The position numbers and the translations under genes are program-made. Shown here one piece after another: positions 11,576-21,597 of a stretch of 63,708 nucleotides of DNA. This DNA comes from Vicugna vicugna (Eukaryota). The DNA is taken from assembly GCA_013265495.1 (NCBI GenBank), contig MU061168.1:62001-125708 (forward strand), written 5' to 3'. The notes beneath the pieces are model-generated. The model was not told the origin of the DNA. It made no database searches and saw only the letters and a program-made list of their open reading frames with translations. Within the stretch, counting starts at the first letter, position 1, and every line of letters begins with the position of its first letter.

Positions 11576-12304
11576 AATGGGTCCTAAAGCACACGTTGTT
11601 TTCTAAAATCTACCTTGCTTCCCTGTGTGCAAAGGTGGATGTGGGGATGCTGACCACAAATGAGACACAGAGCCTAGTCATGAAGACAAGGGAAGTACCA
11701 CAGCCAGTAGGCACAGACTACACAGCGAAGCCATCCCCACCAAGTATGGCCCAGCTTCCAGACAGGGCAGGTGCATCTCTGCCAAGGGAGACGGTCTCAC
11801 CCCGGAAAAAGAACAACTCATGGCCAAGAGAAGATGTAAGTCCTCAACGGTAAAAAAAAAGAGTCAAGGGGAAGGCAGTCATTATAAGTGATTTCAAATC
11901 TCCCAGCTCAGTTGACTAATGTCATGGGACTCTACCAGAAGTTTTCTGATGGTAAGAAGTCAAGGCCATCTGGGTGCTCATCACTGAGGAAGTCGATAGC
12001 CAAAATCTGGTGAATGCACATTGTGGAGTGTTTGCGTTCCAGGTAATGGAGGACTAGATTTTCACATAGCAGCTTGCATCGGTTTTAAGACCACAGGGCT
12101 CAGTAGGTAAAGCAAGAATTAGGATGGCTATATAATATAATACTTATTTTATTAGAACAGACATAACCAAAGTATCTGCATTGAGCACAACAGAAAGTTG
12201 CTTATGGTTGGGAATAATGGGGCTAAGTCACTCATACCCCGCTTATTTCCCTTGCTGCCTATAACATATATATATATAATAACATATATATATAAATAAA
12301 ATTA

Positions 12305-12535
12305 TTTCATTTTATTTTTAAATTATAGTCAGTTACAATGTGTCAATCTCTGGCATACAGCACAATGTCCCAGTCATGCTTATACATACATATATTTGTT
12401 TTCATATTCTTTCATTAAAGGTTACTACAAGATATTGACTATAGTTCCCTGTGCTACACAGAAGAAGTTTTTTTAATCTATTTTTATATATAATAACTAA
12501 CATTCGCAAATTTCAAACTCCCAAATTTAAACTAT
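12305..12535 (-). mobile_element. Lineage-specific (camelid-type) L1 3' UTR fragment
   Basis: tatagtcagttacaatgtgtcaatctctggcatacagcacaatgtcccagtcatg...gttccctgtgctacacag; same family as the copy at 23455-23815. Confidence 0.85.
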
Positions 12536-12544
12536 ATTAATAGA

Positions 12545-12570
<26 letters not shown>
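12545..12570. repeat. (TG)13 microsatellite
   Basis: Read directly. Confidence 0.95.
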
Positions 12571-12575
<5 letters not shown>

Positions 12576-12584
12576 ATACATATC

Positions 12585-13625
12585 TGTTTCTGGACATCTG
12601 AGATGCTTCATTAGTCTGTCAACTCTTATTCCAGGACAGCACTATCTTAATTATGGCAGCCTCATTACACATTTTAATGTTGTGTAACATGGGTCATCCA
12701 TTCTTATTCACTTTTATAATCACGTAACTGTTTTGACCTGCTTATTTTTCCAGTTGAATTATGAGATAGTTTTTGTGAAGTTCCAAAATATTGGCTTATT
12801 GGTATAGCTCTAAATATTAGATTAATATGAGAAAGTGGAAATCTTTACTAGATACATCTTCTAATTGACAAATATGGCATTCCTTTCCATTTCATCAAGT
12901 AGTCTTTTAAAATCCTCAGCAAAATTTTGTACTTCTTACAGGTGCGGTATATTTCTTGCTAAAAATTCCCATAATTTATGTTTTGCTGTAGTCAAGGAAA
13001 TCTTTTTCATTACACTTTCTGATTTTTAATGTATATTTTATAAATATCCAACATGCTAGGCATTATTATTATTATTTAATAATTTTTCAATGGAAGTTAT
13101 CATTTCATTCGTTTTTTATTCAAACACATAATAATATAGTCTACAATAAAAGAGAATATTAATTCCAAGGCACTGATGTTCTTAATTTGTTTTCCTGCCT
13201 TATTGCATTGTCTGGAATGTCTAGAAAAACATTTAATAGATTATTGGCAGATGTATTTATATTTCTTTTATTTAAATAGAAATGCCTTTATTATTTCACA
13301 AAGAAGTGTGATATTGGCAGCTGCTATCATATAGATATTCAAATAAGGGAGTTTCTCTCTTGGTTTTACTAAGAATTATTATTTTAAATAGATTTCATTT
13401 TTTTCAAATGCATTTTAACATCTACAAAGAAGATAATATATTGAACCAGACTTGAATTTCTGAAGTAAATTCTACTTCATCATGGCATGTTTTGCTTTTA
13501 ATTTACTGATCGATCTAATGTGTTATAATTTTACTTGGGATCATTGCTTCTGTATTAATAAATATAACTGATATGTAGTTTACTGGTTTGCATATTTGTG
13601 CCAGCCTTTTCAGCATTTTATTTTC
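12585..13625 (-). mobile_element. Old L1 (L1M/L1ME-type) ORF2 fragment
   Basis: AT-rich antisense ORF2 landmarks (tctgtttctggac.., tttccatttcatcaagtagtctttt, ttttcctgccttattgcattg). Confidence 0.7.
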
Positions 13626-13649
13626 AATGGACCTGATTATTTAATACTC

Positions 13650-14223
13650 ACTTTTATAGAAGTATAATATACAGGAAAAATTATCCAAATTATGAGTCAA
13701 GAGCAGACTCACCCATGTAACCACCACTCAGATCAGGAAATAAAAAGCCACTAGCATCAAGTACCCTCCCAGTCACTATGCCCCAGCTTTGCAAAAGTAA
13801 CAGTTAACCATCTCCTGGCTTCTAAAACAAAAGACTGTTTTGCATTATTTTGAACTTTATATAAATGAAATAATGCAGTGTGCATTATTCTGTCCCTGAT
13901 TTGTTTTGCACAGATTTCATTTGTGAAATTCATTTATGTTCTTGTGATTTAATTCATTCATTTTAATAGCTGTATAATACTCATTTGTATGAATATCCCA
14001 CAGTTTGCTTATTTACTCTATAGTTATAAATTTGAGTTATTTCCAGCTTTTCACTACTATAATTTTACTGTGAATATCCTCACACATGCCTTTTGGTGTA
14101 CATGTCCTTCAATAAACAAATGTATGCATTTCTGTTAGTGTATGTCCAGAAGTGAAACTGCTGGGTCATGGGATATCTGTATGTACTGCTCTAATAGGTA
14201 CTTTCAAGTAGTTTTCCAAAGTG
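13650..14223 (-). mobile_element. L1ME/L1MD-type 3' UTR and ORF2 end
   Basis: cacccatgtaaccaccactcagatcagg, tttgaactttatataaatgaaataatgcag, ccagaagtgaaactgctgggtcatggg. Confidence 0.75.
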
Positions 14224-14254
14224 CTAGAATAGGAGATGAAGCTTCTCCCAAAGA

Positions 14255-14752
14255 GATAGCTGCCACTTTCTCATGTACCTCCAAGATCCTGTTGGGCCAA
14301 CCTATCTGAGGACTTGAATATACTATTTCCATTTGACAAGTGAGATTCGTGGGGCACTCACCAAATTTTTAATCACTGACCCTGAGTCACAAGGACTTCA
14401 TGATCAGGAGTTCACTTTCCACAAGAGCATGCCACTAGGTGCTTTTCAGGAGGGGTGTATTTGAACATTGTGAATCCATCCCACGTAGTCCTAAGAAACT
14501 TGACTCAGAGAGCAGGGCTTGAATTTTGTCACAGTTTATTGGCCACCCCTGCTGGCAGAGGTGTGATCACCCTACAGTCAGAACCTCAGAGACCCAGGCT
14601 TCTGACTTGCTAACCAACAGGACATCATTTGTGTAGTGAAAGCTTTGGACATCGGGAAGTAGAGACACTTTTGCTAAAATCTGACTCATTCACTGGTGGC
14701 AAATCACAGCACAGTTTAGGCACCCATGGGGAAATACTAAGCGTCCAGTGAA
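14255..14752 (-). pseudogene. pol: ERVL pol remnant (RT motifs and tether)
   Basis: 14752->14480 reads FTGRLVFPHGCLNCAVICHQ*MSQILAKVSLLPDVQSFHYTNDVLLVSKSEAWVSEVLTVG*SHLCQQGWPINCDKIQALLSESSFLG, against ERVL LPQGY..HYIDD..GWEINPTKIQG..VKFLG. YxDD is degraded to YTND (14621-14638). Further left are YTPPEKHLVAC and SLVKWK*YIQ. Confidence 0.85.
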
Positions 14753-14805
14753 CACTTCTCTTCTGATCAGAAGACTCTCCTCTGGACCTTATGAGCATTC
14801 ACAAC

Positions 14806-15017
14806 ACATGCATGTAAAACATCAATATCAATTACATGTTCAGTAGCAGAAGCCACAACCATAGTACATTTAATTGGCCCAAAGGGTGCAACCACAAAAT
14901 CACATTCACTCCCTTCCCCCAAACTAAACCTTGGCCAAACCCCATTAACTACATCTAGGCAATGGATATGATGGTGACTTGGGGAACTGTGTCCAACAGA
15001 GCCCTACAAATTTGAGT
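14806..15017 (-). pseudogene. pro: ERVL aspartyl protease remnant
   Basis: 15017->14964 reads TQICRALLDTVPQVTIIS (DTG degraded to DTV). 14891->14806 reads VAPFGPIKCTMVVASATEHVIDIDVLHAC, against VGP..PVVISPVPECIIGIDIL. Confidence 0.8.
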
Positions 15018-15542
15018 CTCTTCCCTCCCTGGAGTTCCCTAGCACACACAGACAGGTGCATGTTGCCTTCAGTACTTCTGGGGACAGGAGGAGATAGCCC
15101 CATGCCTAATCATCTTTCTCACTAAAGTAACTGAGATAGAGAGGGATAGATGAATCTAGGGGACTTGAGAGAGTGGCTCCACACCAGTAAACAAGGCACA
15201 ATTACTTCCCATTTTAAGCCGTACAGAAGCTGCTCAGCTCAAACAATGGAAGTTGTTTGTTTTCCATTGTTTTCAGCCTACCCAATGCTATACGGAATGG
15301 CAGAGTCCTCATGACTGACACCCTCCATTTCATCCTTGGGAATCTCTTGACTCAGCAGTCACACACAGCCATATTGATTTCCCGCTGGGGCCGTGGGGTG
15401 TGCGCCATCTGGCTGGCTTGGCTCCTATAGTGGTTACCTTTTCTGAGGAGCCCACATTAATCTGGGGCATCGTTTCCCATTACTAAGACAACACCTCCTA
15501 AGTTCTTATTCCATCTCCATATATAAGGGCTAGGGGAATTTT

Positions 15543-15695
15543 CCAGGGCGGCAGCGCTGACAGCAAGCATTTATCTAGATTTCTTTGGGTCAGTTTCTCA
15601 TTCTGCACTGGATCATTTTCAGCACTATTGTAAATCCAATTCAGGGCAGTGAGACCCTGAATACTAGTCAACACCTCATTTAGGTTTTCCCAGAG
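15543..15695 (-). pseudogene. gag: ERVL gag remnant
   Basis: Stop-free 51 codons LWENLNEVLTSIQGLTALNWIYNSAENDPVQNEKLTQRNLDKCLLSALPPW, against ERVL gag LPW..EEGIQRLRE.GMLEWIY. Confidence 0.65.
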
Positions 15696-16337
15696 GAGTT
15701 TGTCTGCTTAAGGGAAAACTCCCTTCTTGCAGTCAGAACTTGCTGCAAGAAAAAGGGAATCTCTGAACCTTTTGTTTTGTCACCTCCAAATGGACCTACA
15801 GTTGTCACGACAGACCTCAGCGGGGGGCTGAGCCATAGGAGGAACCAGCTGTTCCCTTTCTTCCTTAACAAGCATTCTGCATCCCACCTCCTTCATCTCC
15901 CAAGTGAATTGGCCAAGGATCTATCGAGTCTTCTTTTTCTGCGCTTTATGGTCACAAACTTCCCTCCTTTTATTCTCAGTATACGTGGGTGTTTTTGTAA
16001 CTGTTATTTAATAGAGACAGAACCTTTAGCCAGCTGCCCTCAGGAAAAGTCTTAATATTGTTACTGTTATAGTTGCTACAATAGGGTGAACTTGAAGCTG
16101 ACACTGGACTGGTGAGGAAGTCCCCTCACTATCCTAAGAAACTTGACTCAGAGAGCAGGGCTTGAATTTTGTCACAGTTTATTGGCCCAGTTGCAATATC
16201 CAAGGCCCAGTTCAGGCAGCTGTCTTAGAACCTATTTCCTAGCATTGGATCCACAGTTCCTCCCCAATTTCTTCTCATTAACAGGCAGTGAAGTGGAGGA
16301 CATTTGGTCAACGTGTTTGCTGAAAGTGTCAAGACAA

Positions 16338-16727
16338 TGAAGGGTCAGAGATTTTACTCCACTTGCAAACTAACAAGTCATCCTGCCATTTTTTCACCAA
16401 TGCCTTTCTACCAGACTCCTGGGTTAAAGATGACACAGTAGTAACCAGAATATCATAACTTTGGGACCAGTTCCCTGAGTCCCAGTTCCCACCAGTAGCA
16501 TGACACAGGCCGCATGTCACCTGCACGTACAGTGTGTTGCACTGCAGGAAAGGAATCCTGAACTTACTCAACAGAAAGTTTGCCTTTTGCTCCTGTGGGT
16601 GACACTATCTCTGTCTCTCAAGGCTATTGCTATGCAAACGTTCTTGAAACAATAGTTCAGAACAAAGGACAAGCATTGCCTTACCCATAAGACATGCGAG
16701 AACTCCATGGAGACTTGTCTCTCAACA
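16338..16727 (-). mobile_element. 5' LTR of the ERVL remnant (MER76/MER68-like; family not certain)
   Basis: TG...CA bounded; tgaagggtcagagattttactccacttgcaaactaacaag..agactcctggg matches a recalled ERVL LTR class. Orientation is inferred from the adjacent internal genes. Confidence 0.7.
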
Positions 16728-19700
16728 AGTATAATTCACACAAAGTTCACCCTTTTGAGGTGTACAGTTCTATGAATTTTGCAAAACATATGGTCATGGA
16801 CTCAATACCACAGTCAATATAGAATATTTTATCATCCCCCACAGTTCCCTTGTGCTCCCTTGCTGTCAGTTTCTTCCCTCCACCCTCAGCCCCTGGCGAT
16901 CACTGATCAGACTTTGATCTCCATAGTTTTGCCTTTTCCAGAGCATCATATAAATGGAATCATAAAAAAAAGATAGCCATCCATGTCTAGCTTCTTTCAC
17001 TTGGCACAATGCTTTTGAGAATTTGTCCATGGCATTGCATGTATCAATTTTTTGTTTGCGTATTTATTTATTTATTTGTATATTTCGGTGGGGGGAGGTA
17101 ATTAGGTATTTTTTTTTATTTGTTTACTTTATTTAATAGAGGTACTGGAGATTGAACCCAGGACCTCATGCATGCTAAGCACGTGCTCTACCACTGAGCT
17201 ATACCCTCCCTGAGTAGTTCATTTATTTTTAATGCTGAGTAGTATTCCATTGTATGTATAACGATTTCTTTACCCATTCACCAGTTGATGGAAATTTGGA
17301 TTGTTTCCAGTTTTTTACCATTACGAATAAATATGCTATAAACATCCATGTACAGGTCTTTGTGTGAGCATATGTTTTCATTTCTTCGGAGTAATTACTT
17401 TGAAGTAGATTCTTGAGCTCATGTTTAACTATAAAAAAATTGACTGTGGTTTTCTTAAGTGATTTGTATCATTTTTCATTTCTAGCAGCAATGGCTGAAA
17501 ATGTTAACTTCACATTTTTGCACATGACATGGTAGAATTGTTTCTGTTTTTGTTTTAATTTTAGTCATTGCAGTAAGTGTTCAGTGATAACCCGGTTATA
17601 CTTTTTATTTACATTTCTCTAATGATTAGTGATGTCAAGCATCTTTTCAAGCTTATTTATCATTTTGTATGTCTTATTTTCTGAAGCAGCTGTTCAAGAC
17701 TTTTTTCCATTCTTTAATGGTTTCTTTTGTCCTATTGAGTTTAGAGAATTCTTTACATATTCTGGATAGACATCTTTTATCAGACTTTCTTTTTTCCCCC
17801 AGATATTTTCTTCCAGTTTTATCTTTTTATTTTCTTAACATTCAAAGAATCTAATTTTTAAATTTTAATTAAATTCAATCTATCTTTTTTATTTCGTTGT
17901 TTGGATATTTGTGCCTTCTCTAATAAATCTTTGCTTAACTGAAAGTAAAAATATTCTCTTTCATGTTTTCTGTGTTATGTTTGACAGTTTTTCATTTTAT
18001 ATTAGTCTTATGATCCATTTTTAGTTGCTTTGTGTGTGGTGCAAGGTACAAATTGAGGTTATTGGGTTTTGGTTTTTTTCTTTTTACTTGCAGATATTCA
18101 ACTGTACCACCAATATTTGCTGAAGACTATCTTTTATCTATTAAATTACATTGGAAACTTTAGCGAAAATCAACTGAACGTGTATGTTTGAACCGATTTC
18201 TGCTATCTCTATTCTGTTCCATTTATCAGTATGTCTAACCTTTCACAAATATTACACCGTGTTAGTTACTGTATTTTATGGTAAGTGTTGAAATGATGTG
18301 GTAGGGCCCTCCATGTTCTTTTAAAAATTGTTCTAGCTATTTTAATTCCTTTACTTTTCCATGTAGATTTTAGAATAAGCTTTCTGATTTCTACAAAAAG
18401 AACTTCTGGTATCTTGAATGGGGTTGAAATGAATTTATAGTTTTATAGGTATAACTCTCCATTTATTTAGTCCTTCTTTGATAAATTTTCATTAATGTTT
18501 TATAGTTTCAACATAGAAATATTAGGATACATTTTGTTAATATTTTGTGTTTATGATCATATTGTAAGTGAAACTTTCTATTTCCAAGTGGTCATCTCTA
18601 GTATATAGAAATATAATTAATTTTTATATTGATTTTGCTAAATTTACTTATTAATTCTAGAAGCTTCTTCGTACATCCATTAGGATTTTTGACATAGACA
18701 ATCATGTTATCTGCAAATAAAGATAGTTTTATCCCTCCCTTTCCAATCTAGATGCCTTTTCTTTTATTCATTCTTTTTTTTTTTCTTCCTTGCTGACCAG
18801 AACCTTCAGTAAAATGAAGAAATGTTGAGATGAGAGCTGACCTCCTTGCCTTGTTCGTGATCTTAGGGAAAAACATTCAGTCTTCCACACTAAATATGGT
18901 GTTAACTGTAGGGTTTTTCTAGATGCCCCTTTTTACACTGAGGGAGTTCACTTCCTTCCCTAGTTTGATGAATAGATCCTGAATTTTGTTGAATGCTTTT
19001 TTCTGCATCTGTTGAGATGATCACATTTTTCTCTGTTTAAGGTTATGCTACGGGGAATTGTATCAAGTAATAGTCTAGTGCAAAACCAGCCTCATATCCC
19101 TGTCATAAACTATGTATTATCCTTTTTATGCATCCAGGTTGCTTAAGTTTTATTAAAAGCTTTGCATCAACGTTCATTAAGAATATTAACCTGCTGGTTA
19201 CTTTTCTTGTAATGTCTTTGGTTTTAGTATTCGTGTAGTGCTGGCCACATAAATTTAGGAATCTTTCCTTCCTCTGAAATTTTGAAAAAGAGTTTGTGCA
19301 GAGTTGGCATTTTTCTTCCTTAAATTTGGTAGAATTCCCCATTGATGTGAACTAGCCTGGGGTTCTTTGTGGGAAAAGCTTTAGCTACATATTCAATTTC
19401 TTCAATAATAAGGGGCTATTTGGTTTATCTGTTTCTTGAAAAAGCTTTGACAGTTTGTGTGTTTCAAGGAAGTTTGCCATTTCATCTAAGATTTTAAAAT
19501 TTGATTTCTATAAAACTATTTATAATGTTTTCTTAAAATTTTTTATGGCTGTAGAATCTATTTTGCTGCATATTTCATTCCTGACATTGATAACTGGTGT
19601 CTTCTCTGTCTTTCTCATAATCTGTTTGGTTAGAGATCTATCAATTTTTTTGATCTTCTGAAAAAAATTTTTGTTTTTATTGACTTTCTCTGTTTTCCTG

Positions 19701-20520
19701 TTTTCTATTCCATTGACTTCCTCTCGGATCTTTATTGTTTTCTTTCTTCTATGTGAATTTAATTTACTCTTCTTTTTCTAGTTTCTAGAGATGGATGCTG
19801 ATTTGGGAATCTTTTTGTTCCTTTTTTTTTTAAGTTCCAAATGTTTACTAATTTTCCTTTTGATTTTTTCCTTTGATCTGTAAGCTATTTGAAAGTGTGC
19901 TATTTACTTTCAAGTATTTGGGAACATTCTAGATATTGTTCTTCTGCTGATTCTAATGTAATTTTGGTTTTGGTCAAAGGGTAAACTTTGAATCACTTCA
20001 GTCCTTTTAAATGTATTGAGATCTATTTTATGGCCCATAATATGTTCTATCTTGGTAAATAGATCACGTGCATTGAAAAAAGATGTGCTACACTGTTGTT
20101 GGATGAGTACACTATAAACATAAAGTAGGCTATGCTGGCTGGTATGGCTGTGCAAATCTTCCATGTCTAGTCTTCTGTCTGCTTGTTCTGTAAATCATTA
20201 ATAGAGGAATGTTGAAATTTCCAACAATAATTATTTGATTTATTTATTTTTGTAGTTTGTCAGTTTTGTGCATTTTGAAGCTCTGTTATTTGAGGAATAA
20301 ACATTTAATTTTGTTATGTTCTCTTGATGCATTTATTCTTTTCTTACCATTAAATGTCCTTCTTTATCTCTGGTCACATTCTTTACTCTGACTAACATCA
20401 GAGCATCATTTCCCATCCTTTCATTTTTAATCTACTTATGTCTTTATATTTAAACAGCATTTCTTATAGACAGCAAGTACTTGGACCTTATTTCTCATCC
20501 AATTTGAAAAATCCACTGTG
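16728..20520 (-). mobile_element. L1MB/L1MC-type L1, 3' UTR to ORF2 endonuclease region, with deletions
   Basis: 3' UTR landmarks at 16728-17600. ORF 19103-19342 is the RT region (..RLIFLMNVDAKLL.. vs RPISLMNIDAKIL) and ORF 19910-20164 is the EN region (..FTKIEHIMGHKIDLNTFK.. vs FSRIDHILGHKTSLNKFK). Confidence 0.85.
17048..17210 (-). mobile_element. tRNA-Ala(AGC)-derived SINE (camelid vic-1 type)
   Basis: Reverse complement gggagggtatagctcagtggtagagcacgtgcttagcatgcatgaggtcctgggttcaatctccagtacctc, then an A-rich segment, cctaattacctcccccc and an A-rich tail. Inserted in the L1 above. Confidence 0.9.
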
Positions 20521-20579
20521 TAATTAGGATGGTAACACCATTTGCATTTAATGTGATTATTGAATAACATTGTTATAGG

Positions 20580-20975
20580 GTAACTTTTAAAACACTATTG
20601 AGACACACAAAGGAAGTTTTTAATCATGGAAAGGCTATTGTATTACAGGATAGAAAAATCAATATTATAAATTGTTCACTTTGTCTTAATTTAATATCTA
20701 TATTTAATTTTGATCCCTATAAAGCAATAGATTATTTTTTGAAGTAGAATAAGTTGAATCATATATCTATATGAAAAAATAACCATGTGAGAATCCCTAA
20801 GACAATTCTGAAAAATAAAAATGAGGAAAAATCAGTCTTAGAAATGTTAAAATATTTTCTAAATGTAGAATAATTAAACAGTGTCCTGTTGACACATCTG
20901 GGAAATCTATGAATGGAACAGAAAATGGAATAGAGAAATAGACACAATATTTTAACAAAATTTTTATATATGAGG
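20580..20975 (+). mobile_element. Old L1ME ORF2 fragment (appears to continue at 24535-25510)
   Basis: aagacaattctgaaaaataaaaatgagg..gaatggaacagaaaatggaatagagaaatagacac are sense ORF2 landmarks. Confidence 0.6.
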
Positions 20976-21590
20976 ATTCTGGATCAAGATGGCAGAGCAG
21001 GAAGAACCTGGACTCACCTTCTTCCATGGACAAAACAAAGCTACAGGTACCTATAGAACAGTTATCTGAGAATGACCTGAAGACAAACAGAACAGATTTT
21101 CTCAAACTAAAGATACAAAGAAAAGGTCACTCAGATGGATAGGAGGGGCAGAGATGCGGTATAGTCAGAACTCTGACTCCTGGTGTGGGGACCCACAGGC
21201 AGGAGGGTTCTAACAACTGCAGGGCTTCCCCCAGAGACCCAGGGGTCCATGCCACACATGAGGGTCACTAACCTGGAACCACACCAGGAAGATGAGTCTT
21301 CATTGCACCTGACTTTGAAAAGCCAGTGGGGCTTATATCGGGGAGAACCAGAGGGCTGTGGGAAAACCAAGACTCCAATCTTGAAAGATTCACATACAAA
21401 CTCACTCTCCGAGTCCTAGTACAAAGGCAGAGGCTTAAAAAGCACCTGGGTCATATGAGAAGGAGATTTATTGATTAATTTTAGGACATGTGCCGGAGGG
21501 GCAGGGGTCTGGTGGAAATTTCACCAGAGACAAGCCCTGGCAGGCACCCTTCTTTTTCCTTTCCTTTTCTTTTCTTGTTTTTATTTTTAC
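20976..21590 (+). mobile_element. Orphan L1 5' UTR fragment
   Basis: Starts with caagatggcagagcaggaagaacctggactcacc (L1 YY1-type start) and is homologous along its length to 37470-38050. No ORF1 follows. Confidence 0.7.
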
Positions 21591-21597
21591 TTTTTCT

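Larger units (their letters stand above)
14230..16337 (-). mobile_element. Class III (ERVL-type) provirus internal region, internally deleted and decayed
   Basis: Hand translation of the minus strand gives gag, protease, RT and tether/RNase H remnants in retroviral order downstream of the LTR at 16338-16727. Confidence 0.85.

Noticed and set aside
14489-16187. The 56-bp repeats as paired LTRs or CRISPR-like repeats
   Set aside because: One copy is in-frame RT sequence, similarity stops abruptly at 56 bp, there are only two copies and there is no spacer array or cas gene.
14230-16337. Domesticated gag/pol gene
   Set aside because: In-frame stops, frameshifts and dead catalytic motifs (DTV, YTND); the longest clean stretch I translated is 51 codons with no start.
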